Shown one piece after another: positions 50,202 through 59,398 of a stretch of 64,000 bases of DNA. Every line of letters starts with the position of its first letter. The stretch's first letter is position 1. Where the stretch lies: positions 23,591 to 87,590 of the forward strand of contig JALNLM010000007.1 in the NCBI GenBank assembly GCA_023254095.1, read 5' to 3'. This stretch comes from Candidatus Geocrenenecus huangii (GTDB lineage Archaea > Thermoproteota > Nitrososphaeria_A > Caldarchaeales > Wolframiiraptoraceae). Below the pieces are notes generated by a model. That model had not been told where the DNA came from. It saw only the letters and a program-made list of their open reading frames with translations, and did no database searches. The position numbers were made by a program, and so were the translations under genes.

Positions 50202-51581
50202 ATGGCTTTGAAGCATCCATTCATAGGCTTAACTGATGAAGAAGTATCGAGCATGCTTTCAGAATTAGGGCTAAAAGATGTAGATGAATTGTTTAGAGAT
50301 ATACCTCCCAAATTTTTCCTCAGGGGGGAACTAAAATTTTCTAGGCAATTAACAGAGGCTGAAGTCAGGGAATCCATCAGGAACATAATTTCAAAGAACC
50401 TTGCTCTGGGTGAAGTTAAGGTCTTTCTAGGAGGGGGAGTGTGGCCACACTTCATACCATCAGTCGTAAAAGAAATATTAAGGAGAAGCGAGTTTCTAAC
50501 TTCCTATACACCGTATCAGCCTGAAATTTCTCAAGGAATACTTCAAGCTCTATTCGAGTATCAAAGCTTGATGGCTGAGCTCCTAGATGTTGAAGTCGTG
50601 AATGCATCTATGTATGATTGGGCGACGGCTCTAGGAGAATCGTTTAGGATGGCTAAGAGAGTAAAGAGAAGAAACAAGATACTATACCCACAATACGTAT
50701 CACGTGAACGGCTTGAGGTTGCTAGAACCTACTGTAAGCCATCCAACATAATACTACAAGAATATTCTGTAGACAGTACCTACGGCTCAGTAGATCTAGA
50801 AGACTTGAAGAGTAAAATAGATAGAGACGTTGCAGCAGTATACATAGAGTATCCATCATATCTCGGCTTCATACCATCTAATATCAGAGATGTAGGTGAA
50901 GTAGCCCACGATCATGATGCATTATTCATCGTAGGTGTCGACCCAACTCTTCTCGGAATATTCGAGTCTCCAGGTAGACTTGGAGCAGACATAGTTGTAG
51001 GTGAAGGTCAGCCACTAGGTTTACCTATGAGCTTTGGCGGACCACTTCTCGGAATAATGGGTTGTAGGATGGATAGCCAGCTTATCCATCAACTTCCAGG
51101 CCGCTTAATAGGTCTAACCGAGACCATAAGAGGCGAGAGAGCTTACACGATGATTCTCCAAGCTAGAGAACAACACATTAAGAGAGAAAAAGCTACAAGC
51201 AACATATGTACTAACCAGGCATTGTGCGCTGTAGCCATAGCGGCATATCTAAGTCTACTGGGAAAGAATGGTTTCATAGAGTTGGGAAAGCAGATACTTG
51301 CTAGAACTAGATACTTGATAAAAATGTTGTCCAGAATTGACGGGGTGCAAGCTCCGCTCTTTAAAGCTGTACACTTCAAGGAGTTTACATACAAAGTAAA
51401 AAACAAGAAAGCCGAGTACGTCTTGAAGAGACTCTATGAGAAGAATATCTTGGCTGGAATAGACGTCGGCAGATTCTATAATCATCTACCTGAAGCCATC
51501 TTGACATGTGTTACAGAGATCCACTCTAAGGATGACTTGGACATATATGCTGAATCTCTGAGAGAAGTGGTGGAAGAATGA
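50202..51581 (+). CDS. gcvPA: Glycine dehydrogenase subunit 1
   Basis: YTPYQPEISQG, NASMYD, REQHIKREKATSNICTN. Confidence 0.95.
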   Translation: MALKHPFIGLTDEEVSSMLSELGLKDVDELFRDIPPKFFLRGELKFSRQLTEAEVRESIRNIISKNLALGEVKVFLGGGVWPHFIPSVVKEILRRSEFLTSYTPYQPEISQGILQALFEYQSLMAELLDVEVVNASMYDWATALGESFRMAKRVKRRNKILYPQYVSRERLEVARTYCKPSNIILQEYSVDSTYGSVDLEDLKSKIDRDVAAVYIEYPSYLGFIPSNIRDVGEVAHDHDALFIVGVDPTLLGIFESPGRLGADIVVGEGQPLGLPMSFGGPLLGIMGCRMDSQLIHQLPGRLIGLTETIRGERAYTMILQAREQHIKREKATSNICTNQALCAVAIAAYLSLLGKNGFIELGKQILARTRYLIKMLSRIDGVQAPLFKAVHFKEFTYKVKNKKAEYVLKRLYEKNILAGIDVGRFYNHLPEAILTCVTEIHSKDDLDIYAESLREVVEE

Positions 51582-53104
51582 TTTATAGGCAGACTAGATG
51601 GCTTGAACCAACAATCTTCGAGTTGAGTAGACCAGGGGCAGTAGGAGTAGACTTCCCCGAACTAGATGAAGCATTAAAGAAAGAACTAGAAGAAGCTTTA
51701 AGAGAAGTTCCGGAAGATTTGAGGAGAAAGGATCTACACTTGCCTGAGCTATCCGAGCTTGAGGTAGTTAGACATTTTACTAGGTTAAGCCAGATGAATT
51801 ATTCTATAAGCACAGGTATGTATCCGCTGGGTAGTTGTACAATGAAGTATAATCCGGTAATGAACGAGGATCTAGCATATGATGAAAAATTACTTAATAT
51901 TCACCCGCTGCAGCCACTGGATACAGTTCAGGGATGCTTAGAGATAATTTGGAGACTCGAGCAAATACTTGTAGAGATTACAGGCATGAGTAGGTTCAGC
52001 CTCCAGCCAGCCGCAGGCGCTCATGGAGAATTCCTCGGATGTCTAATAATTAGAGCATACCACATGGATAGGGGATTACATTATAAAAATATTATGATAG
52101 TTCCTGACTCAGCTCATGGGACGAATCCTGCTAGTGCGGCTATGGCTGGATATGAAGTTAAAGTTGTAAAAAGTGATAAAGATGGATGTGTAGACATAAA
52201 TGAACTAGAGAAGATCGTTGATGAAAATGTTGCAGGAATAATGTTGACCAACCCGAATACTCTAGGAGTCTTTGAGAAGAATATAGAAAGGATCGTTGAC
52301 ATAATCCATGGGGTTGATGGTCTGCTATATTATGATGGGGCAAACCTGAATGCTCTACTAGGCAAAGTCAGGCCGGGAGACATGGGGTTCGACATAGTCC
52401 ACCTAAATCTACATAAAACCTTCTCTACACCTCATGGAGGGGGAGGACCTGGATCAGGACCAGTAGGGGTGATTGAAAAACTCGTTGATTATCTTCCCTC
52501 ACCACTAGTTAACTATGATGAATCTAGAGGAGTATTCTATCTAGATTATGAGAGACCTAAAGCCGTTGGAAAGATAAAGATGTTCTATGGAAACTTCAAC
52601 GTCTTAGTCAAAGCATACGCATACTTGTTGAGAATGGGCAGTGAGGGACTAAAGAAAACCTCTGAAGCAAGTGTCCTAGCCTCAAACTACCTACTCAATA
52701 AAGTTAAGAGGTTGAAGGGAGTTACGCTGCCGTATGCTCCAGAATCACCTCGGAAACATGAGTTCGTAGTTAGCTTATCTAAACTCTATAAGGAGACAGG
52801 CGTATCTGCTAGGGATGTAGCTAAGAGGCTTCTAGATTATGGTTTTCATGCACCCACAGTCTACTTCCCATTGATAGTTGATGAGGCATTCATGGTGGAG
52901 CCGACTGAGTCTGAGTCTAAGAAGATGATAGACATGTTCTACGATGCCCTCTCAAACATAATCGATGAAGCATACAGAGACCCTGAGAAGGTTAAGACCG
53001 CTCCTCACAACACATCGGTAGCAAGAATAGATGAGGTGAGGGCCTCCCATCCTAAGACCATTACTCCTTCATGGAGAGTACACGTTGCGAGGAGGTGGCC
53101 ATGA
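51578..53104 (+). CDS. gcvPB: Glycine dehydrogenase subunit 2
   Basis: PLGSCTMKYNP, HGTNPASA, NLHKTFSTPHGGGGPG. Confidence 0.95.
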   Translation: MIYRQTRWLEPTIFELSRPGAVGVDFPELDEALKKELEEALREVPEDLRRKDLHLPELSELEVVRHFTRLSQMNYSISTGMYPLGSCTMKYNPVMNEDLAYDEKLLNIHPLQPLDTVQGCLEIIWRLEQILVEITGMSRFSLQPAAGAHGEFLGCLIIRAYHMDRGLHYKNIMIVPDSAHGTNPASAAMAGYEVKVVKSDKDGCVDINELEKIVDENVAGIMLTNPNTLGVFEKNIERIVDIIHGVDGLLYYDGANLNALLGKVRPGDMGFDIVHLNLHKTFSTPHGGGGPGSGPVGVIEKLVDYLPSPLVNYDESRGVFYLDYERPKAVGKIKMFYGNFNVLVKAYAYLLRMGSEGLKKTSEASVLASNYLLNKVKRLKGVTLPYAPESPRKHEFVVSLSKLYKETGVSARDVAKRLLDYGFHAPTVYFPLIVDEAFMVEPTESESKKMIDMFYDALSNIIDEAYRDPEKVKTAPHNTSVARIDEVRASHPKTITPSWRVHVARRWP

Positions 53105-54210
53105 GGAAAGTACCTTTACTGTCATATTATTCTGAGGCTGGAGCAGAGATCGGAGAATTCGCTGGATGGTCTACTCCACTCTGGTTTACGAGTAATAGAG
53201 AAGAACACTTGGCGGTCAGGTCTAGCGTAGGGATATTCGACGTCACCCACATGACGAGGATAGCTGTTAAGGGAAGAGACTCGGAGAAACTACTACAGGA
53301 TGTATTAACGATAGACGTTGAGAAGCTTAAACCTGGGAAGATGAAGTATTGCTTAATGTGTAATGAAAGCGGTGGAATAATAGATGATTTAACAGTATTC
53401 AGACATCCTACAGATGGAGAGCTGTTCATATTAGTATGCAACGCAATCACGCACGATAAAGTATTAGCCGTGCTAAACCAGAGAGCTCAGAACCTAGATG
53501 TTGAGATAATGGATCTAACGTCCGAGACTAGTTTATATGCTGTCCAAGGCCCAAAATCTCTAGAGATCTTATCAAAATCTCTCGGACTAGACTTAAGCGG
53601 ATTAAAATGGTTTAGCGGAGTCGAGTACAAGATAGAAGACGTCTACACCTTGATTACTAGAAGCGGTTACACTGGGGAGAATGGATACGAACTCATGCTA
53701 TGGAGCTGGGAGATAGAGAAGCTAAAGAAGATCTGGAGCCGTATAGTTAAGTCAGGGTCTACTCCATGCGGATTAGCTGCTAGAGATAGTCTTAGACTTG
53801 AAGCAGGATATCCACTATATGGGCAGGATATAGATGAGAAGGTAAATCCGGTGGATGCTAGATTAATCTTTGCTGTAGATCTCTCCAAGGAATTCTTCGT
53901 AGGTAAAGAAGCAGTAGAGAAGGCTATTGCTAGTGAGAAGCCTAGGAGACTCTTAGTAGGTTTTAAGATTATTGAGAGAGGTATTCCGAGAAGAGGTTAC
54001 CGCATACTGAGTAGAGATAATAGAATAGTCGGGGAAACAACTAGCGGAGGATTCTCTTTCACTTTAGGTATTGGGATAGGGCTCGGATATGTTAGCTCAG
54101 AGTACGCTAATGAAGGGGAAAAGTTGAAGCTCGAAGTCAAGGATAAGTATAAAGAAATAGAGATAACATTAAAACCGATAATAGCTCATAGAATGAAACA
54201 AGTTCCTTAA
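53101..54210 (+). CDS. gcvT: Glycine cleavage aminomethyltransferase T
   Basis: FDVTHM, GGIIDD, RSGYTGENGYE, ARDSLRLEAG; ATG at 53101 coupled to the gcvPB stop (ATGA). Confidence 0.94.
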   Translation: MRKVPLLSYYSEAGAEIGEFAGWSTPLWFTSNREEHLAVRSSVGIFDVTHMTRIAVKGRDSEKLLQDVLTIDVEKLKPGKMKYCLMCNESGGIIDDLTVFRHPTDGELFILVCNAITHDKVLAVLNQRAQNLDVEIMDLTSETSLYAVQGPKSLEILSKSLGLDLSGLKWFSGVEYKIEDVYTLITRSGYTGENGYELMLWSWEIEKLKKIWSRIVKSGSTPCGLAARDSLRLEAGYPLYGQDIDEKVNPVDARLIFAVDLSKEFFVGKEAVEKAIASEKPRRLLVGFKIIERGIPRRGYRILSRDNRIVGETTSGGFSFTLGIGIGLGYVSSEYANEGEKLKLEVKDKYKEIEITLKPIIAHRMKQVP

Positions 54211-54293
54211 GTTAGTTCTTCAAAAGCTCTGTAGACTATATATGGACCCTCTCTCAAGGTTACCTCAGAATCACTATAGAGGTTGATGGGGGA

Positions 54294-55202
54294 TTGCCCA
54301 GCCTAAGAGTTCTCTTCCTCGCTACACGTCCTTGGTCATTCTTAATGACGATCGTAGCTACGACTGTTGGGTTAACTCTAGCAGTCCGCACAGGGCTCAC
54401 AGGTTTATACGATCTTATATTATTCCTTCTAGTTTTGGCAGGGCTTATCTCGCTTCATGCTGCGGCAAACATGGTTAACGACTTGTATGATGTTAAACAT
54501 GAAGTTGATAAACCATCATCTCCAACAGCGAGGTACAGGAGGCACTACATATTAATAGGCGAGATTAAAGTAACAGCTTTCATGTTAGAGATACTCTTCT
54601 TCTATGCAGTAGCTATCTCGATAGCCGCATACTTCGTCATTATTCGAGGATGGGTAGTTTTATTCTTCGCACTTGCAGGAGCATTCCTAACCTATGCTTA
54701 TACCGCCGACCCCTTCAAGCTTAAGCACTTAGCATTAGGTGAGATATCCGTATTCTTGGCTTGGGGGCCATTGATGACTACTGGAACATATTACGTTTTA
54801 ACAGGTATCCTCGAATGGTTACCAGTTTATGCATCTATCCCGATAGGCCTATTCGTTGCACTAGTCTTATTCGCAAATAACATGAGAGACATAGAATATG
54901 ATCGGGCTGCTGGGATAAAGACTCTCGCTATAGTTCTTGGACATAGAAGATCTCTGGCATTCTACAAATATACTCTAATCTCTATATATGTTTTCCTCGG
55001 CTTACTTGTAGTTCTAAAAGTATTTTCCGCTTACGCGCTGATCGCATACTTAACAATTCCGAAAGCAGCGAAAATAGTGAGAATGTTCTATGAAAGAATC
55101 CCTGAAGCCGCCGATCCTATAACAGCTCAATTATCATTCAACTTTGGATCTTTACTCATCCTAGGAGAAGCATTAAACCTTCTACTTAAATCATTTATAT
55201 AG
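54294..55202 (+). CDS. MenA/UbiA family prenyltransferase
   Basis: TRPWS, NMVNDLYD, NNMRDIEYD..AGIKTLA; multiple TMs. Confidence 0.85.
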   Translation: MPSLRVLFLATRPWSFLMTIVATTVGLTLAVRTGLTGLYDLILFLLVLAGLISLHAAANMVNDLYDVKHEVDKPSSPTARYRRHYILIGEIKVTAFMLEILFFYAVAISIAAYFVIIRGWVVLFFALAGAFLTYAYTADPFKLKHLALGEISVFLAWGPLMTTGTYYVLTGILEWLPVYASIPIGLFVALVLFANNMRDIEYDRAAGIKTLAIVLGHRRSLAFYKYTLISIYVFLGLLVVLKVFSAYALIAYLTIPKAAKIVRMFYERIPEAADPITAQLSFNFGSLLILGEALNLLLKSFI

Positions 55203-55424
55203 CTAACTTTGGATGCCTACTCTCAGTAGATTAAAAATGCGTGAAGACACGTGGTATCTAAAGGTGTTAAAGTTCACATTTTTTAGAGCTTCTAGTAAGG
55301 GGGAACTCACTTTGTGAATCTTACTAGAAGTATCACTATTAATTTACCTCAAGAATAGTTAGGATGTAGAGGTTCTTTTCTTAGAATTAAAGTTAATATC
55401 TCCAAAATACATGTAGATGAGGGT

Positions 55425-55718
55425 ATGGTGAAGATTAAGACTAGATATCTTGCATTCTTAAGGGAGGAGACGAGGAAGGTGGAAGAAGAGTTTGAACTTC
55501 CAGTTGAATCAACTATACACGAGTATCTCAGAGAACTACTTAAGAGATATGCTGGGCTGAGTAAATATCTTCTAGATTCTCAAGGTAATCTTAGAGATGG
55601 GATAAACGTAGCGGTAAATGGAGATGTTATACGTAGAAGTGAGTATGGAAAAATCATCCTTAAAGATGGAGATGAAATAGTCGTTATACCGCCTATATCT
55701 GGAGGATCATTCTTCTAA
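55425..55718 (+). CDS. MoaD/SAMP ubiquitin-like beta-grasp protein with a residual C-terminal SFF
   Basis: VAVNG, LKDGDEIVVIPPISGG then SFF-stop. Confidence 0.85.
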   Translation: MVKIKTRYLAFLREETRKVEEEFELPVESTIHEYLRELLKRYAGLSKYLLDSQGNLRDGINVAVNGDVIRRSEYGKIILKDGDEIVVIPPISGGSFF

Positions 55719-56156
55719 CCACCTGTAGCTTCCATCAATGTAAACTTCTTTCTTGAAGAGCGCAGGCTCCTTCTTGTATCTCTCAACGAGTTCAGGTAGA
55801 GCTTCAAACACTTCCTTTCTACTTTTTCCAGCAGCGACGACTATGACTATGGGTTCACCTATATTGAATCTCCCGATTAAATGCCATATACCTGCATAAG
55901 CTAACCCGTGTCTCTCTCTTACTTCTTCACAGATCTTCTCTAGAGTCTTGTCTGCGTGCTCTTTGTATGTTTCTATCTCTAAATGTGAAACATCTATGCC
56001 TTCAACGCTGAAACCTTTAACTTTACCTATAAAGATTGCTAATGCTCCAACTTCGCCGTTAAACTTTTTATCGATAAAGTCTTGTAAAAGAGAGACTAAG
56101 TCAATATCCTCTTTGCCGTATACACCTGTCTTATATCTTGTCCTCCTAGACTCCAT
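55707..56156 (-). CDS. moaE: Molybdopterin synthase catalytic subunit
   Basis: GA...F.G.V, LEIETY, H..G...GE, RKEVF, KKE...DG..W. Confidence 0.87.
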   Translation of the reverse strand: MESRRTRYKTGVYGKEDIDLVSLLQDFIDKKFNGEVGALAIFIGKVKGFSVEGIDVSHLEIETYKEHADKTLEKICEEVRERHGLAYAGIWHLIGRFNIGEPIVIVVAAGKSRKEVFEALPELVERYKKEPALFKKEVYIDGSYRWLEE

Positions 56157-56181
56157 TCTAAACTACTTATTATTAGAGTCC

Positions 56182-57093
56182 TTATTGATAAATTTCACGG
56201 ATTTTATCTATTATTTCGTAACTTCTCTCGATAACCCTCTTCTTGAAATTCTTAGACAATATCGCTTCAGCCCCATAATCCTCTATTGATATAGATGCTG
56301 CCGACACTCCGATACATGAAGCCCATAGGAAGTCTCCACTAGATAGATATTCTGTGAGAAAAGCTCCACCTAACACGTCTCCTGCTCCTGTCGGGTCTAC
56401 AACCTTGGCTTTCGAGTAGCTTGGTATAAAATACCTTTTCTTCTTATTTGCTGTTATAACCCCTTCGTAACCCATGCTTAAGATAACGTTCTCTACACCT
56501 GCATCCTGAATCTTCCTGACCGCGTCCAGAGGCTTTACTTCATCGGTAAGAATAAATGCTTCCTCACGAGTAAGTCTGATTATCCCAACTCCTCTAAGCA
56601 GGCCTATTTTGAAATTCTTTTCTAATATTATTCTCCTGTCTTGGAGTGGTTTTCTAAGAATCCCCTGAGGATCTAGCATGGTCTTAAACTTCCCAACAAC
56701 TTTCCTGACGTCTTCTACTGTTATCTCCCCTGCTACTGGCCCGAGATAAACAATGTCTACATCTCCGATCTCTTCAATATTTATCCGTGGAGCCCTCTCG
56801 AGTAGAAACAATTCTCTATCTCCATCTCTATACACTATCCTATACATTGTTGTCTTATGCTCTTTATGTATAACAATTCTTGAATAGTCCACTCCAGCTT
56901 CTAAGAGAATTCTTAGATAATCTTCTGGGTAGTCTTCACCGATTACCGAGTATACTTGGCTCTTTGAATTTAGTCGTGATGATGTTAGGGAGGAATAGAA
57001 TACCGTACCTCCAGGAGAAGTTCTCACTATCCCATCTTTGTAGATTATTTCATCAATGGTAAGATGCCCTACAAAGCCTATCTTGCAACTCAT
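56182..57093 (-). CDS. PfkB family carbohydrate kinase
   Basis: PGGT, LDPQG, VDPTGAGD. Confidence 0.88.
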   Translation of the reverse strand: MSCKIGFVGHLTIDEIIYKDGIVRTSPGGTVFYSSLTSSRLNSKSQVYSVIGEDYPEDYLRILLEAGVDYSRIVIHKEHKTTMYRIVYRDGDRELFLLERAPRINIEEIGDVDIVYLGPVAGEITVEDVRKVVGKFKTMLDPQGILRKPLQDRRIILEKNFKIGLLRGVGIIRLTREEAFILTDEVKPLDAVRKIQDAGVENVILSMGYEGVITANKKKRYFIPSYSKAKVVDPTGAGDVLGGAFLTEYLSSGDFLWASCIGVSAASISIEDYGAEAILSKNFKKRVIERSYEIIDKIREIYQ

Positions 57094-57194
57094 GAATATC
57101 CCCGATATGAATATTCATAGAGTAGATATTATCTTTCCGTTTAACCATTCAAGAGCTCGACGCATTTAGTATAAGGGATCATTGATTCTAAGTT

Positions 57195-57743
57195 TTATTC
57201 TCTTCTCTTCATAGTCCCCTCTAGTATTCCAACACCTATATGTACTCTATCGATGTGTTTAGATAACTCTTCACGTGTCTTGAATATTGAACCACAGTAT
57301 GGGCAGCTCACACCTTCGGGATTCTCTAATTCTACTAAGGGTATTCTTTTCTCTACCAGATATCCACATACAGTTCTGAGAATTACAACACCTACAAGTA
57401 TGCCTGAATCGATGACTGGAAGTCTTCTAATATCATTCTCTAACATCAACTTTATAGCTTCTCCCACCTTAGTTTTTGGGTCTACTGTTATTAAAGGCTT
57501 TGAGGCTATTTCTTCAATCTTCGTTTTCTTAGGATCTTTACCTTCAGAAACTACTTTATAGATTATGTCTTTAATCGTCAGCATTCCGACAGGCTTCTTA
57601 TCCTCCATTACAATGATGGAATCTATCTCTTTTTCCTTCATCAATTTTGCAGCTTCTACAATATTCTTATCTGCTCCTATTGTGTAGAAATCTCTTATAA
57701 TGTATTTTGAGATAGGTTCGTCAAGTAATTCTCTCATGCTCAT
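57195..57743 (-). CDS. CBS-pair protein with C-terminal C2H2 zinc finger
   Basis: Two CBS repeats, then CPYCGSIFKTREELSKHIDRVH. Confidence 0.85.
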   Translation of the reverse strand: MSMRELLDEPISKYIIRDFYTIGADKNIVEAAKLMKEKEIDSIIVMEDKKPVGMLTIKDIIYKVVSEGKDPKKTKIEEIASKPLITVDPKTKVGEAIKLMLENDIRRLPVIDSGILVGVVILRTVCGYLVEKRIPLVELENPEGVSCPYCGSIFKTREELSKHIDRVHIGVGILEGTMKRRE

Positions 57744-57848
57744 GTTCGAATCATCTAATCAAATAGGTAAAATCCATAATTTGAGCTTATACTAAACCTA
57801 TTTTCTTAAAACTGGATGTTCAGACTTAGATTAAATTCTCAAGCATTC

Positions 57849-58283
57849 TTATTCAGGTGAAGATTTTACTTCAACGGATGATCCCGGCGTAGCTTGAGTT
57901 TTATAATAAACATATCTTCTCGGAGAGCCCTCTCTAGTCAAGATTCTTTCTCTAACCAAATCAAGCAGTGAATGAGAGACAGCGGTAGAATCATAGTTAT
58001 ATCCTCTTCTGGCCAATTCTTGTACTGTTTCTCCTAGACTTCTAGGTTTGTCGAACCAGCCTTCATCTATAAGGTTCTTGAGCAATATTGAACAAGTTGG
58101 CAGGCTCTTTCCCTTAGATTCTTTGGGTACAGGTTTTTCCTCTATTCTTAACTGGGGTATTGAAGCTTTTAGAGCTGAAATAACCTGTTTTAATGCTTCT
58201 TCAACTTTCTCTGGAGGTGCCTCTATTCTAACCGTAGCAGGACCTATAGTTACTTCTACTTTAATTTTTTCTTGTTCCGACAT
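57849..58283 (-). CDS. Hypothetical protein with probable C-terminal winged helix
   Basis: EGWFDKPRSL.E...L..RG.......S..L..LV....L.R.G..RRY pattern. Confidence 0.6.
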   Translation of the reverse strand: MSEQEKIKVEVTIGPATVRIEAPPEKVEEALKQVISALKASIPQLRIEEKPVPKESKGKSLPTCSILLKNLIDEGWFDKPRSLGETVQELARRGYNYDSTAVSHSLLDLVRERILTREGSPRRYVYYKTQATPGSSVEVKSSPE

Positions 58284-58354
58284 TATACATCATGCTCAAG
58301 TTGAGCAACATTTATAAGCACACTTAAACAATAAACTATAGTGGTAAGTGAGGC

Positions 58355-59398
58355 ATGGAGCATCTTCTTCACCAGACAGAAGATGATGTAGAGTTTCTTA
58401 AAGCTTTCTCTGAAAGTAGCTTAGAAACACTCTCTTCTCTGAGGGGTCTGAGAATGTATACTGGTTCAAGAGAAGATTTGGCCAGAGATTATCTAGATGA
58501 AGTCTATATTAGCCTCAATTCTACTCTAGATGAATATTTTGTAGAAGTATACGAACCTAGACAAATTCAAGAAAGAAAGAAGACGATCGCATTAGATGCT
58601 TCATCTATCAGGCTGGCTGAATCATCGAAAGGTGTAGTCATATCTGTTAAAGGAGCTATAGTAACTCGAGACGTAGATAACTCATTATCTATTAAGATTT
58701 TAGGTCCCTTCATATTTCACATCAACAAGACCAACATAAGGAAAATTATCAAAGAATATTCTGGAATTCTCCAGTACTCTAGTAAATACGAGTTCTACAT
58801 TAATGCTCAGAAAGGTTTAACAGAGCTTCTAGAAAAGAAGATGCAGGAGTACGTAGTTAAGAAAGCTAGAGACTCGATAGTACTATTCGACGGGTGTCTA
58901 GCGGCCAACAATTTTACTCATTATAAGAGTTTGATGGAGAAGATATTGAAAGTAAGCATTGAGAATAGGAATATGGTTATTGCTTTTTCTAAAACTAGCT
59001 TCCTCCAAATCTCGGGAGCATATCTTCAAACAATCTATGTTGAACGTGAATCTCCTTACATCATAGATTTAACAAATGCTTTAAGAAGATATTATGATCA
59101 TCAAGTTAAGATTCTCGGAAGAGTTTGCTTGGCTCGGTTAGGCATAGGGAGCCCAGGCTATAGAGTAGATATACCGAATGAACATGATATACCTACTTTG
59201 TTCGGGGTCTTGTTGAAGAGCGACCCATTGATATATGGGTACCCGGAGACGCTTATACTTGCTCATGATTATTCAACATTTACAAAACTCGACATGATAT
59301 CTCTCCAGACGATGTTAAGAAAAATGGATGTAGAACTACTCTACCCAGAGTATGTCAGAGATATCCTCTTCCAGCCGATCGACGGTGAGAACAGATGA
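58355..59398 (+). CDS. nurA: NurA family nuclease
   Basis: IALDASS, LFDGCL, AFSKTS, YGYPETLILAH. Confidence 0.8.
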   Translation: MEHLLHQTEDDVEFLKAFSESSLETLSSLRGLRMYTGSREDLARDYLDEVYISLNSTLDEYFVEVYEPRQIQERKKTIALDASSIRLAESSKGVVISVKGAIVTRDVDNSLSIKILGPFIFHINKTNIRKIIKEYSGILQYSSKYEFYINAQKGLTELLEKKMQEYVVKKARDSIVLFDGCLAANNFTHYKSLMEKILKVSIENRNMVIAFSKTSFLQISGAYLQTIYVERESPYIIDLTNALRRYYDHQVKILGRVCLARLGIGSPGYRVDIPNEHDIPTLFGVLLKSDPLIYGYPETLILAHDYSTFTKLDMISLQTMLRKMDVELLYPEYVRDILFQPIDGENR

